From positions 13,597 through 77,596 of the forward strand of contig JAZPYF010000045.1 of assembly GCA_045544055.1 (NCBI GenBank): a stretch of DNA of 64,000 nt, given 5' to 3'. Under the pieces are notes generated by a model, which had not been told where the DNA came from, did not search any database, and was given only the letters and a program-made list of their open reading frames with translations. This document shows, piece by piece, positions 43,292 through 52,344 of the stretch. How positions within the stretch are numbered: position 1 is the first letter of the stretch; each line of letters starts with the position of its first letter. The stretch comes from Acutalibacteraceae bacterium. Lineage in GTDB: Bacteria > Bacillota > Clostridia > Oscillospirales > Acutalibacteraceae. The position numbers and the translations under genes are program-made.

Positions 43292-44203
43292 ATGGATATT
43301 AAAATTGCACTTGCTCAGATTTTTTCCGCAGTTGAGCCTACAATGGCTGAGGCCGGTATGTCTGCTGTACGCCCTGAGGGTATCGAAAAGGGCGAAGCAC
43401 CTGTTGCCAAGGGTGACAACGGTGTCGGTTTCCGTATTGACTTCAAGGGCGAGGATAAGGCTGTTGCCCTCAAGCATTTTGACAATAAGCTCACTTTTGA
43501 GCTTTCTCAGACAGTAGATGAAGAGGGTAACTTCACAGACTATAAGCAGGTATCCCTCTATCTTCTCGATACTGAAACTGCTGACGATAAGGATATCCGT
43601 TCAATCAGCGGCGATGTTTCCGATACGATTATGTCCAAATTCTGCAAGTCGGCTTCTGCTCCCCAGAGAGTAAAGGCTCCCAAAACCGTTTCCAAGGCTG
43701 CTGCCAGAAGCGGTCAGGTTTATTACGATGCCAATACTCTTGCAAGCCGCCTTACAAATTCACTCTATCCTCAGTTTCGTGCGGAATACAATGCCAATAT
43801 AAACAAATACGGCACCTTCCTGCCTGAGGATTTCTTCGCTCAGGGTTGCACACAGGCGATTATGGATACAATCCGCCGCAACAATCCTGCTGAGATGAAA
43901 AAGCTGTTTGATCTGCTTAACGAGATATATCTTGATGCAACAAACGAAACACAGAGCATTATTGTTGTAACTATTCTCGGTGAGCTTGGCAGCGACCAGA
44001 CTCTGCTTGCAAACTGTGTTGACTATATGAATGATGATCTTATGGGTCCCGTTATCAAGGTCAACAAGTATCTCCACTCAGCAAGCGGCAAGTCTGCAAG
44101 AGAAAAGCTCAAGAATCCGCCTGCTTATAAGCCCAAAAAGGTTAAGAAGCCCGGTCTGTTTGAAAGAATGATGAACAGCCAGCAGAATACCCCCGGCAGA
44201 TAA
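43292..44203 (+). CDS. hypothetical protein, no recognisable domain
   Basis: Long ORF with coding-like composition and a Lys-rich tail (NPPAYKPKKVKKPGLF). The start is ambiguous: first ATG at 43292, track TTG at 43274. The SD-like GGAAGGAG at 43251-43258 is separated from the ATG by a 9-bp hairpin. Confidence 0.5.
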   Translation: MDIKIALAQIFSAVEPTMAEAGMSAVRPEGIEKGEAPVAKGDNGVGFRIDFKGEDKAVALKHFDNKLTFELSQTVDEEGNFTDYKQVSLYLLDTETADDKDIRSISGDVSDTIMSKFCKSASAPQRVKAPKTVSKAAARSGQVYYDANTLASRLTNSLYPQFRAEYNANINKYGTFLPEDFFAQGCTQAIMDTIRRNNPAEMKKLFDLLNEIYLDATNETQSIIVVTILGELGSDQTLLANCVDYMNDDLMGPVIKVNKYLHSASGKSAREKLKNPPAYKPKKVKKPGLFERMMNSQQNTPGR

Positions 44204-44216
44204 TTGCAAAAGTTTT

Positions 44217-44255
44217 GTGCCGCAGTCGATAATGGCTGCGGCACTTTGCATTTTT
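44217..44255 (+). terminator. rho-independent terminator
   Basis: 9-bp stem GTGCCGCAG / CTGCGGCAC followed by TTTGCATTTTT. Confidence 0.7.
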
Positions 44256-44316
44256 GTGTTGAAAAATCGCAGTAATTATAATACAATATATTTATCAATT
44301 TTTAAGGACTGACAAA

Positions 44317-45921
44317 ATGATCAGAATTAATCAGATAAAACTGCCGCTTGAGGCAGGCAATAATGAGCTGATAGCTGCCGCCGCCAAGGTGTTGCGTTGT
44401 CCTGTGCGTAAGATTCTTACGCTTGAGGTCGCACGCAGGGCTGTTGATTCGCGCAAAAAAGAAGAGGTTTGCTTTGTTTATAATGTGAATGTTACGGTTG
44501 ACGGCGATGAGGACAGCTTTATCGCAAGAGCAAAAGAGGGAAAAGCGGAAAAATATACGCCTTTCCGTTATGATTTGCCCGAGAACAAGCGCAGGTCTTC
44601 ACTGCGCCCTGTCGTTGTAGGCTTTGGTCCGGCAGGTGTTTTTGCCGCACAGACGCTTGCGAAGTCGGGACTCAAGCCGATTGTGCTTGAGCGTGGCGAC
44701 TGTGTTGAACAGCGTACAAAAAAGGTAAAGACCTTTTGGGAAACAAAAGAGCTTGATGAAAACAGCAACGTTCAGTTCGGTGAGGGCGGTGCAGGCACTT
44801 TTTCCGACGGCAAACTGACAACGGGTATCAAGGATACGCTGTGCAGGCAGGTTTTCCTTGAATTTGTCCGCCACGGCGCACCGCAGGAGATTCTTTTTTC
44901 AGCAACGCCTCACATCGGCACAGATAAGCTCGGCTCGGTTGTAAAATCAATGCGTGAGGAGATTATTGCCCTTGGCGGAGAGGTGAATTTCCGTTGCCGT
45001 CTGACGGGTTTAATTGTTGCGAACGGCTTTATTCACGGTGTTGTCTATGAAAACGAGCAGGGTAAAACCGTCGAGATTGAAACAGATACTCTTATTCTTG
45101 CAATCGGTCATTCGGCAAGAGATACGGTGGAAATGCTGTTTGAAAGCGGAGTGAAAATGGTGCAGAAGCCGTTTTCCGTCGGCACACGAATTGAGCATCC
45201 CCGTGAAATGATAGATCGCTCACAGTACGGCGATTTTGCAGGTCATCCGAAGCTCGGTGCTGCAAACTACAAGCTCTCCTGCCATCCGCAGGGCGGCAGA
45301 GGCGCATACACTTTCTGTATGTGTCCGGGCGGTACTGTTGTTGCCGCCTCGAGCGAAAAGGGACGTATGGTCGTTAACGGAATGAGCGAATATGCGCGTG
45401 ACGGTGAAAACTCGAACTCTGCAATTCTTGTCGGAATAGAACCGCAGGATTTCGGCAGCGAGCATCCGCTTGCAGGAATAAAGCTCCAGCGTGAAATCGA
45501 ATCAGCGGCTTTTGAGGCAGCAGGCTCTGATTACAAAGCACCGGCTCAGCTTGTAGGAGATTTCCTCAATAATGTTCCGTCAGAAAAGCTCGGCAGTGTG
45601 CGCCCCTCCTGTCCGACGGGTGTAACGCCGGGTGATATCCGCAAGGTTTTACCGCAAAAGGTTACCGATACCATTGCCGATGCGCTCGTTAAAATGGATA
45701 AGCAGCTCAAGGGCTTTGCCATGCACGATGCTGTGCTGACCGCACCTGAAAGCCGCTCCTCGTCACCTGTAAGAATTACGAGGGACGAGTATTTCCAGTG
45801 CAACATCGGGGGAGTGTATCCCTGCGGTGAGGGTGCAGGTTATGCAGGCGGTATAGTTTCCGCAGGCGTTGACGGAATCCGCTGTGCTCACGCAGTACTC
45901 AGCGATGAGAATAATTTTTGA
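44317..45921 (+). CDS. FAD-dependent oxidoreductase (uncharacterised COG2509-type dehydrogenase)
   Basis: 534 aa. Rossmann VVVGFGPAGVFAAQTLA. GEGGAGTFSDGKL and CPGG motifs as I recognise them from this family. Confidence 0.7.
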   Translation: MIRINQIKLPLEAGNNELIAAAAKVLRCPVRKILTLEVARRAVDSRKKEEVCFVYNVNVTVDGDEDSFIARAKEGKAEKYTPFRYDLPENKRRSSLRPVVVGFGPAGVFAAQTLAKSGLKPIVLERGDCVEQRTKKVKTFWETKELDENSNVQFGEGGAGTFSDGKLTTGIKDTLCRQVFLEFVRHGAPQEILFSATPHIGTDKLGSVVKSMREEIIALGGEVNFRCRLTGLIVANGFIHGVVYENEQGKTVEIETDTLILAIGHSARDTVEMLFESGVKMVQKPFSVGTRIEHPREMIDRSQYGDFAGHPKLGAANYKLSCHPQGGRGAYTFCMCPGGTVVAASSEKGRMVVNGMSEYARDGENSNSAILVGIEPQDFGSEHPLAGIKLQREIESAAFEAAGSDYKAPAQLVGDFLNNVPSEKLGSVRPSCPTGVTPGDIRKVLPQKVTDTIADALVKMDKQLKGFAMHDAVLTAPESRSSSPVRITRDEYFQCNIGGVYPCGEGAGYAGGIVSAGVDGIRCAHAVLSDENNF

Positions 45922-45942
45922 AATATTGACTGGTTGAAAAAG

Positions 45943-45982
45943 CCCTGAACCGTGCTCGCGTACAGTTCAGGGTAAACTTTTT
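45943..45982 (+). terminator. rho-independent terminator
   Basis: 8-bp stem CCCTGAAC / GTTCAGGG followed by TAAACTTTTTT. Confidence 0.6.
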
Positions 45983-46082
45983 TACATAATTTGTTTCGTT
46001 CGGCAATATTTTGTGACGGATTATTCCGAAAATCTGTCTATAAGGGTGAAAGGCCTTTTGAAACCGAAAAGGGGTGAATAAA

Positions 46083-46643
46083 ATGCACGATGCGGAAATA
46101 GTAGCGTTGTACCTTGAAAGGAACGAAATCGCAATAAAGGAAACAGAGCGAAAATACGGCGGTTACTGTATGACTATTGCCCATAATATTTTAGGCAGTT
46201 TTCAGGATTCTCAAGAGTGTGTAAATGATACGTATATGCGCGTATGGGGCTCTATACCGCCGAACAGACCGACAAGTCTGCGTGCTTTTGTAGGTAAAAT
46301 CACACGCTTTCTTGCCCTTAATATGTACGAAAAGTTATCTGCAAAAAAGCGTGGCAACGGTACGGTGGCTTTGGTGCTTGATGAGCTCAGCGAATGCATA
46401 CCCGATACCGATGCAAATACTGATATCACGCAGGAGTATATAATAACCGATGCCGTTAACGCTTTCCTTGAGAGCTTGCCCGAACAAAACAGAAATATTT
46501 TTGTAAGAAGATATTGGTATATGAGCTCCGTTAAGGATATTGCGGCAGAATACGGCTTGGGTGAAAGCAAGGTTAAAATGTGTCTTATGAGAATGAGAAA
46601 TGAGCTGAAAGGTCAGCTTGAAAAGGAGGGAATTATTATATGA
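46083..46643 (+). CDS. ECF-type RNA polymerase sigma-70 family factor
   Basis: Region 2 (QECVNDTYMRVW) and region 4 HTH (SVKDIAAEYGLGESKVKMCLMRMRNEL). ATG 46083 has AGGGGTG 7 nt upstream. Confidence 0.85.
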   Translation: MHDAEIVALYLERNEIAIKETERKYGGYCMTIAHNILGSFQDSQECVNDTYMRVWGSIPPNRPTSLRAFVGKITRFLALNMYEKLSAKKRGNGTVALVLDELSECIPDTDANTDITQEYIITDAVNAFLESLPEQNRNIFVRRYWYMSSVKDIAAEYGLGESKVKMCLMRMRNELKGQLEKEGIII

Positions 46644-47785
46644 AAAGTAAAAGACTGTTGTTTGCAATGGAGGATATTAATCACGAGTTTATTGAAGCTG
46701 CCGCACCGAAAGAAAAAAAGAAATCAACAGTGCCTTGGGTTAAGATCTGTGCGGTTGCCGCTTGCATTGCTTTAATTGTAGCGGTCGGTGCAGGTATGTT
46801 TTACGAAAAGCCACAGGCTTTACCGATGCTAGAGCTTGATAATATTTTCGACGGCGGAATGAGTATGGAAGCTCACTTCGCATACAGCGCAGATGAGCTG
46901 ATAAACAGCAACCCGTGGACTAAAGAGAACACACCTGACGAACTGCCTGTTTATAAAAATACCGTTTATAACGCGTACGATGAGAAAGTGTCAGCAGCGG
47001 ACATAAATGCAATGAGAAAGGCTTTACTTGATGCGGCAGATAAGCTCGGAATTGCCGCGAACAGTTCTGATATAAAAAAGCAATACTATGAGCCAGACAG
47101 ACTGTACAGCCTTTACATCGAAAAAGATAATATAAAAATTGAAGTAAATGTTTGGTTCAGGCTGAATGTTGAAATCAGCGGCGAAAACATTCTGCCCAAA
47201 GGATATAAGCTTGATAATTACGCTTCGTATGACGAGATAAGAAAAACGGCGGAATATCTGAAAACAGAGTATTCAGCGTTTCTTGATATGGAAAAGCCTG
47301 TGGCAAACATAGCTCTCGGGGCTTACGATATTTACGGCAGACGCAGTTTTTCGCTTGAGATTTATGACGGAGCAGGCAGTATCGACGGGCAAATAAGAAG
47401 CTATAATTTTGAAGGGGTAAGCTTTTGGCTTGACGACACCTTCGGCACTCTGCGTATATCTCAAAGCTGCCGTGAGAATGAAACGGTAGGTGTATACCCG
47501 ATAATCACTGCAGATGAGGCTTTTGAGCTGCTTGAACAGGGTGAATATTATACAAGCGTTTATGTCGATTTTCCCGGTGTGCAGGCAGTTAAAAAGGTCG
47601 AATTGGTTTATCACACATCGACGCTTGCCAAAACCTTTGTTCCTTATTACAGGTTTTATATTGAAATTGAGCCTGACGGAACAATTACCGAGGATTTCCC
47701 GGAAATGAAAAGCTACGGCACATACTATGTGCCTGCGGTTGAAAGAAAATATATACAGGAGCAGGAAACAGAGCTGTTTCAGTGA
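46640..47785 (+). CDS. single-pass membrane protein, probable cognate anti-sigma factor / sigma regulator
   Basis: Overlaps the sigma gene stop by 4 nt (ATGA). Short cytoplasmic N-terminus, one TM helix (WVKICAVAACIALIVAVGAGMF), and a ~310-aa extracytoplasmic domain with no recognisable motif. Confidence 0.55.
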   Translation: MKSKRLLFAMEDINHEFIEAAAPKEKKKSTVPWVKICAVAACIALIVAVGAGMFYEKPQALPMLELDNIFDGGMSMEAHFAYSADELINSNPWTKENTPDELPVYKNTVYNAYDEKVSAADINAMRKALLDAADKLGIAANSSDIKKQYYEPDRLYSLYIEKDNIKIEVNVWFRLNVEISGENILPKGYKLDNYASYDEIRKTAEYLKTEYSAFLDMEKPVANIALGAYDIYGRRSFSLEIYDGAGSIDGQIRSYNFEGVSFWLDDTFGTLRISQSCRENETVGVYPIITADEAFELLEQGEYYTSVYVDFPGVQAVKKVELVYHTSTLAKTFVPYYRFYIEIEPDGTITEDFPEMKSYGTYYVPAVERKYIQEQETELFQ

Positions 47786-47815
47786 AATGAAAACCTGCTG
47801 AAATAGAATGATATT

Positions 47816-47857
47816 AAAAAAGACCTGAGCAGGTATGATTCCTGTTCAGGTCTTTTG
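47816..47857. terminator. bidirectional terminator between the anti-sigma-like gene (+) and pnp (-)
   Basis: 13-bp stem AGACCTGAGCAGG / CCTGTTCAGGTCT (one G-U pair), with A-run and T-run flanks. Confidence 0.8.
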
Positions 47858-47871
47858 TCATTGTTTATTAG

Positions 47872-50070
47872 TTAGTTTCTGGGCTTTCTGTCACCGCGGC
47901 GGAAATCCTTACGGGGCGCGGGGCGACGGGGAGCATCGGAAATTGTGTTTTCGGGAACCATGCCCTCAATCTCGATGAGTGCGTCTCTTCTGGAGAGGTT
48001 GAGTCTGCCCTGATCATCAATTTCGAGAACCTTGACAATAACCTCATCGCCGACAGCGACAACATCCTCTACCTTTTCTGTGCGCTTTACATCAAGGCGG
48101 CTGATGTGAACAAGTCCCTCTTTACCGGGAGCGATTTCAACAAATGCGCCGAAGTCCATAATGCGTGTAACAACGCCGTTGTAGAATGAGCCGGGCTCAG
48201 GATCGTTTGCGATTGTGTTGACCATGAGGAGTGCACGCTCTGCATCTTCAATATCAAGAGCGCAGATGAAGATTGAACCATCCTCTTCAACGTCAACCTT
48301 ACAGTTGCACTCAGCGCAGATCTTCTGGATAACCTTACCCTGCTTACCGATAACTTCGCTGATTTTGTCAACGGGAATCTTTGTTGTAAGCATCTTGGGT
48401 GCATACTTGGAAAGCTGCTTGCGCGGCTCGGGGATGCACTTGAGCATTACGTCATCAAGAATTTCACATCTTGCTGTGTATGTCTTATCAAGAGCCTCAC
48501 GGATGATTGCGGGAGTAAGACCGTGAACCTTGAGGTCCATCTGGATTGCTGTGATACCCTTCTTGGAGCCGGCAACCTTAAAGTCCATATCGCCGAAGAA
48601 GTCCTCAAGACCCTGGATATCAACCATTGTCATGAAGCGGTCACCCTCGGTAACAAGACCGCAGGAAATGCCTGCAACGGGAGCCTTGATCGGAACGCCT
48701 GCTGCCATAAGTGAAAGTGTTGAGCCGCAGACGGAAGCCTGTGATGTTGAACCGTTGGATGAGAGAACCTCGGAAACAAGGCGGATGCAGTAGGGGAATT
48801 CCTCAACGCTGGGAATTACGGGAACAAGAGCCTTTTCTGCAAGTGCGCCGTGACCGATTTCACGTCTGCCGGGACCTCTGGAGGGCTTTGTTTCGCCAAC
48901 AGAGTATGAGGGGAAGTTATAGTGGTGCATATATCTCTTGGTGGTCTCGTTGTCGATACCGTCAAGAAGCTGAACATCGCTCATGGGGCCGAGTGTTGTT
49001 ACTGTGAGAACCTGAGTCTGGCCTCTTGTGAACATACCTGTGCCGTGAGCTCTGTCGAGAAGGTCAACCTCTGCTGCGAGGGGACGGATCTCGTTGATGC
49101 CTCTGCCGTCAACACGCTTGCCATCGTCAAGAAGCCAGCGGCGGACAACGTACTTCTGTGTCTTGTAAAGGCAGTCATCAATCTTTGCGATTTCTTCGGG
49201 ATAAATTTCGTCGAACTTAGCGTGAACAGCATCGTAGATGGGCTTGAGTCTCTCGTCGCGGATACGCTTGTCGTCTGTGTCGAGAGCAATGCGGATATCT
49301 TCAATTGCGAAGTCCTTGATTGCCTCATACATTTCGGGAGCGGGATCGTTTGAGGGGAACTCAACCTTTTCTTTGCCGCACTCAGCCTTGATTGTGTTGA
49401 TGAACTCAACAATTCTCTGGTTTTCAGCGTGAGCGAACATGATACCGTCGTACATTTCGTCGTTGGTAACTTCGTTTGCCGCAGCCTCAATCATTGCAAC
49501 AAGGTCAGATGTGGAAGCGACAGTAACGTACATATCGCTCTTTTCCTTCTGCTCTGCTGTGGGGTTGATGATATATTCACCGTCAATCATACCGACAACA
49601 ACGCCGGAAACAGGGCCTTCCCACGGAATCTCGGAAATGGAGATTGCGATTGAAACGCCGAGCATAGCTGTGATTTCGGGTGAGCAATCGGGGTCAACGG
49701 ACATAACCGTTGCAACAACGCCGACATCGTTTCTCATATCCTTGGGGAAGAGAGGACGGATGGGTCTGTCGATAACGCGGGAAGCGAGAGTAGCCTTTTC
49801 GCTTGCTCTGCCTTCACGGCGCTGGAATGAACCGGGGATTCTGCCTACTGCGTAGAGCTTTTCTTCAAAGTCAACGGAGAGGGGGAAGAAGTCAACTCCC
49901 TCACGGGGCTTTGCAGCCATTGTAGCGGTACAAAGTACGTTTGTTTCGCCGTAGCGAACAAGGCAGGCACCGCCTGCAAGCTCAGCCATCTTGCCGATTT
50001 CAACAACAAAGGGACGGCCTGCAATTTCTGTCTTGAAGGTTTTGAATGTGTCAAAAGATCTCAATGTCAT
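47872..50070 (-). CDS. pnp: polyribonucleotide nucleotidyltransferase (PNPase)
   Basis: Two RNase PH-like domains followed by KH (ISEVIGKQGKVIQKI) and S1 (GSFYNGVVTRIMDFGAFVEI) domains. Start ATG 50070 (AAAGAGG RBS) rather than the track's 50115. Confidence 0.95.
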   Translation of the reverse strand: MTLRSFDTFKTFKTEIAGRPFVVEIGKMAELAGGACLVRYGETNVLCTATMAAKPREGVDFFPLSVDFEEKLYAVGRIPGSFQRREGRASEKATLASRVIDRPIRPLFPKDMRNDVGVVATVMSVDPDCSPEITAMLGVSIAISISEIPWEGPVSGVVVGMIDGEYIINPTAEQKEKSDMYVTVASTSDLVAMIEAAANEVTNDEMYDGIMFAHAENQRIVEFINTIKAECGKEKVEFPSNDPAPEMYEAIKDFAIEDIRIALDTDDKRIRDERLKPIYDAVHAKFDEIYPEEIAKIDDCLYKTQKYVVRRWLLDDGKRVDGRGINEIRPLAAEVDLLDRAHGTGMFTRGQTQVLTVTTLGPMSDVQLLDGIDNETTKRYMHHYNFPSYSVGETKPSRGPGRREIGHGALAEKALVPVIPSVEEFPYCIRLVSEVLSSNGSTSQASVCGSTLSLMAAGVPIKAPVAGISCGLVTEGDRFMTMVDIQGLEDFFGDMDFKVAGSKKGITAIQMDLKVHGLTPAIIREALDKTYTARCEILDDVMLKCIPEPRKQLSKYAPKMLTTKIPVDKISEVIGKQGKVIQKICAECNCKVDVEEDGSIFICALDIEDAERALLMVNTIANDPEPGSFYNGVVTRIMDFGAFVEIAPGKEGLVHISRLDVKRTEKVEDVVAVGDEVIVKVLEIDDQGRLNLSRRDALIEIEGMVPENTISDAPRRPAPRKDFRRGDRKPRN

Positions 50071-50264
50071 TTTGCTTACCTCTTTCTTTTTTATTGGGCG
50101 GCTTATAAAACTCAAAGTGCAAAGACAGTATAGGTTTTTGGTCAGCGAAATTTCAAAAACGCAGGTGATACTTTGTGTATTACCGAGTATTTTGGAACAA
50201 GATGACGGAAAAAGGACAACTGTATTTCGTGCTGTGAGTTTTTTTAAGGTGCCCGGTATTGTTT

Positions 50265-50362
50265 CCGGAAAGCGGCTCTGACTTTTAGCAATAAATAAAA
50301 CGCTTGAATTTTTTTACTCAAAAGCTTTATTTACCGCTAAAGCCTGTCGGCGGCTTTCCGGT
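50265..50362 (-). promoter_or_regulatory. long imperfect hairpin in the rpsO-pnp intergenic leader (candidate processing/autoregulation site)
   Basis: Outer arms CCGGAAAGC (50265-50273) / GCTTTCCGG (50354-50362) enclose a further AT-rich imperfect stem (TAAATAAA / TTTATTTA). Confidence 0.4.
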
Positions 50363-50378
50363 GCTTTTCAAAATTGCA

Positions 50379-50405
50379 GGGCGGCAACCGCGTGGGAAGC
50401 CGCCC
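50379..50405 (-). terminator. hairpin after rpsO (attenuating terminator)
   Basis: Minus strand reads GGGCGGC-ttcccacgcggtt-GCCGCCC followed by TGCAATTTTG. The T-tract is interrupted, so read-through into pnp is plausible. Confidence 0.55.
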
Positions 50406-50419
50406 TATTTGTGCCTGGA

Positions 50420-50683
50420 TTATTTACGAAGACCGAGTCTTGCAACGATTGAACGGTAACGCTCAATGTCAACCTTCTGAAGGTATGCAAGAAGGTTACG
50501 TCTGTGACCAACCATCTTGAGAAGGCCACGGCGGGAGTGATGATCCTTATGATGCTCCTTAAGGTGAGCTGTAAGGTCATTGATGCGCTTTGTGAGAACA
50601 GCGATCTGTACCTCGGGTGAACCTGTGTCGCCCTCGTGGATAGCGTACTCAGCGATGATTGCACTCTTTTCTGCGTTTGTCAT
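50420..50683 (-). CDS. rpsO: 30S ribosomal protein S15
   Basis: 87 aa. [45 protein letters not shown] is unmistakably S15. Confidence 0.97.
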   Translation of the reverse strand: MTNAEKSAIIAEYAIHEGDTGSPEVQIAVLTKRINDLTAHLKEHHKDHHSRRGLLKMVGHRRNLLAYLQKVDIERYRSIVARLGLRK

Positions 50684-50799
50684 TTGTTTTCACCTCATTA
50701 AAATTTATTTATTCGCAACCCCAGAACAGGGCAGGTGACAACCTCGTTGAGGTTTACTCCCTGTACCGAGAGGAGGAACATACAGCAGGAATTATAACA
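50684..50799 (-). promoter_or_regulatory. rpsO promoter (extended -10) and ~100-nt structured leader with anti-SD element
   Basis: Minus strand has TGTTATAAT at 50799-50791. The leader contains CCTCCTC (complement of the GAGGTG SD) and nested stems ACAGGG...CCCTGT and AACCTC-AAC-GAGGTT. Confidence 0.4.
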
Positions 50800-50879
50800 C
50801 AGTCGGGCAAAAAAGTAAAGCCTTTTTTACTGTATTATCTGCACAAAATATAACGTAAATTCATCCGATATACTGTTTT

Positions 50880-52148
50880 TTATGCGTGATAACTGTCTTT
50901 GAGACCCTGCTCGTCGTAAAGGAAGATAGATTCAAGCATAATGTTGATGCCTGTTTCGATTGACTTGAGGTCGAGGTTGTCGCCTGTATCAAGCCTTGTG
51001 TGGTAGTATCTTGCCGGAGCGGGGTCCATAGCTGCGAGCGTTGCACCTGCAAAGCCTGCCTTGCAGACGGCGGCTGCGTCGGATGCACCGAGGAAGATTG
51101 ACTTGTAGGGAAGGTCAAGACCTGCATTGAGCGATGCCTGCTTGAGCAGAGCGCATACTCTCGGGTCAGACTTTACTGTGAATGTCATGTCACGGCTGTA
51201 GATTGCGTAGAATTCGTAATCGCGGAGTGTGTCAACACCGATGAATACTGTTTCCATATCCTCAAGCTCTTTTTTGTGAGCCTTTGCAAATGCTTTTGCA
51301 CCGCGCAGACCTGCTTCCTCAGCGCCTGTGAGGAGAGCCCATACCTCAACATCCTCAAATCTGAGGTTGTTGTCCTTGAGGTATTTGAGAACTGCGATTG
51401 AAGCGATTGAGCCTGTGAGGTCGTCGTTTGCGCCCTCAACGGGGAGCTTGTAATTGAGGAAGAATATTGCGGCGACAAAGAGAATACACCATGCGAGCAT
51501 AACCCATCTGAGAATGCTGACGAGTGTGCTGTCAAAACCGCCTGTTACGGTGCCGTAAATCTCAGCTACAAGAGCTATAACAATGCCGACAACTGCGCCG
51601 CCGATAACTGTTGTGATGAGGGGCGGACCGCCGAGGTATGTGTAGCGCCATTCGTAAGAGGAATCAACATGACCTGAAACAATGATGCGCTTTTTGGCGG
51701 TGGAGCTTGCGTTGTATTTTGCCACAACGTTGTGCGATGTGCGCTTTGGGAAGAACGGGTCAAGCGTTTCGCCGTAGAAAAGGAACTCTGTTACGATGAA
51801 GAAAAGGCAGATAAGGCTCATTGCCAGAGGGATAATAGGGAGCCATGAGGGAGCACCGTCAATAAACGATGCGCCGAAGAAGATGAGGTTTGCAACAATC
51901 ATAATGATTGCACAGAGCCTTACCCAGCCGAGGAATGCCTTGGGATGAAGGTCAAAAGGCTCGATTTTAACTTCGTTGGCATATTTTTCAAGCTCGGCGG
52001 CAAATCTTTCCTGTGCCTTTTTTTCGTTCTCCTCGCCCGAGGGACGGGGGCCGATTGTTTTACAGACATCTTTTATCTGTCTGGCGGTATAGTTTGCGTA
52101 TTCACGCAGCTTCGGAGCATAATTGGGGATGCTCTCAGATGCTTTCAT
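50880..52148 (-). CDS. membrane-embedded M28-family metallopeptidase
   Basis: Motifs SGHVDSSYEW and LLTGAEEAGLRGAKAF, with several TM helices in the middle. Start ATG 52148 (AGGGGA 8 nt upstream). Confidence 0.7.
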   Translation of the reverse strand: MKASESIPNYAPKLREYANYTARQIKDVCKTIGPRPSGEENEKKAQERFAAELEKYANEVKIEPFDLHPKAFLGWVRLCAIIMIVANLIFFGASFIDGAPSWLPIIPLAMSLICLFFIVTEFLFYGETLDPFFPKRTSHNVVAKYNASSTAKKRIIVSGHVDSSYEWRYTYLGGPPLITTVIGGAVVGIVIALVAEIYGTVTGGFDSTLVSILRWVMLAWCILFVAAIFFLNYKLPVEGANDDLTGSIASIAVLKYLKDNNLRFEDVEVWALLTGAEEAGLRGAKAFAKAHKKELEDMETVFIGVDTLRDYEFYAIYSRDMTFTVKSDPRVCALLKQASLNAGLDLPYKSIFLGASDAAAVCKAGFAGATLAAMDPAPARYYHTRLDTGDNLDLKSIETGINIMLESIFLYDEQGLKDSYHA

Positions 52149-52344
52149 TGGTGATTTCCCCTTTCTGTGCATTTTTTTAGATAAACTAAATTATAACAAA
52201 ACAAAAGAATATTTCAAGACAAATTTCATAAAAAGAATGTTATAATTTATAAATTTTTATGAACTTCAATAGTCGCTTGAAAATTGCTGTGTGATATGAT
52301 ATAGTAATTGTAATTATATAAATTTAAGTCCAGGGTGATAAACT

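Noticed and set aside
43260-43517. 85-aa TTG ORF overlapping the start of the 300-aa hypothetical gene
   Set aside because: It is in a different frame from the long ORF, its start is only 1 nt from the SD, and its translation is Leu/Arg/Ser-rich and non-protein-like.
52173-52344. Possible SAM riboswitch or T-box upstream of the MetQ-like gene
   Set aside because: The spacer is almost pure AT with no GC-rich conserved helices, specifier or T-box sequence.
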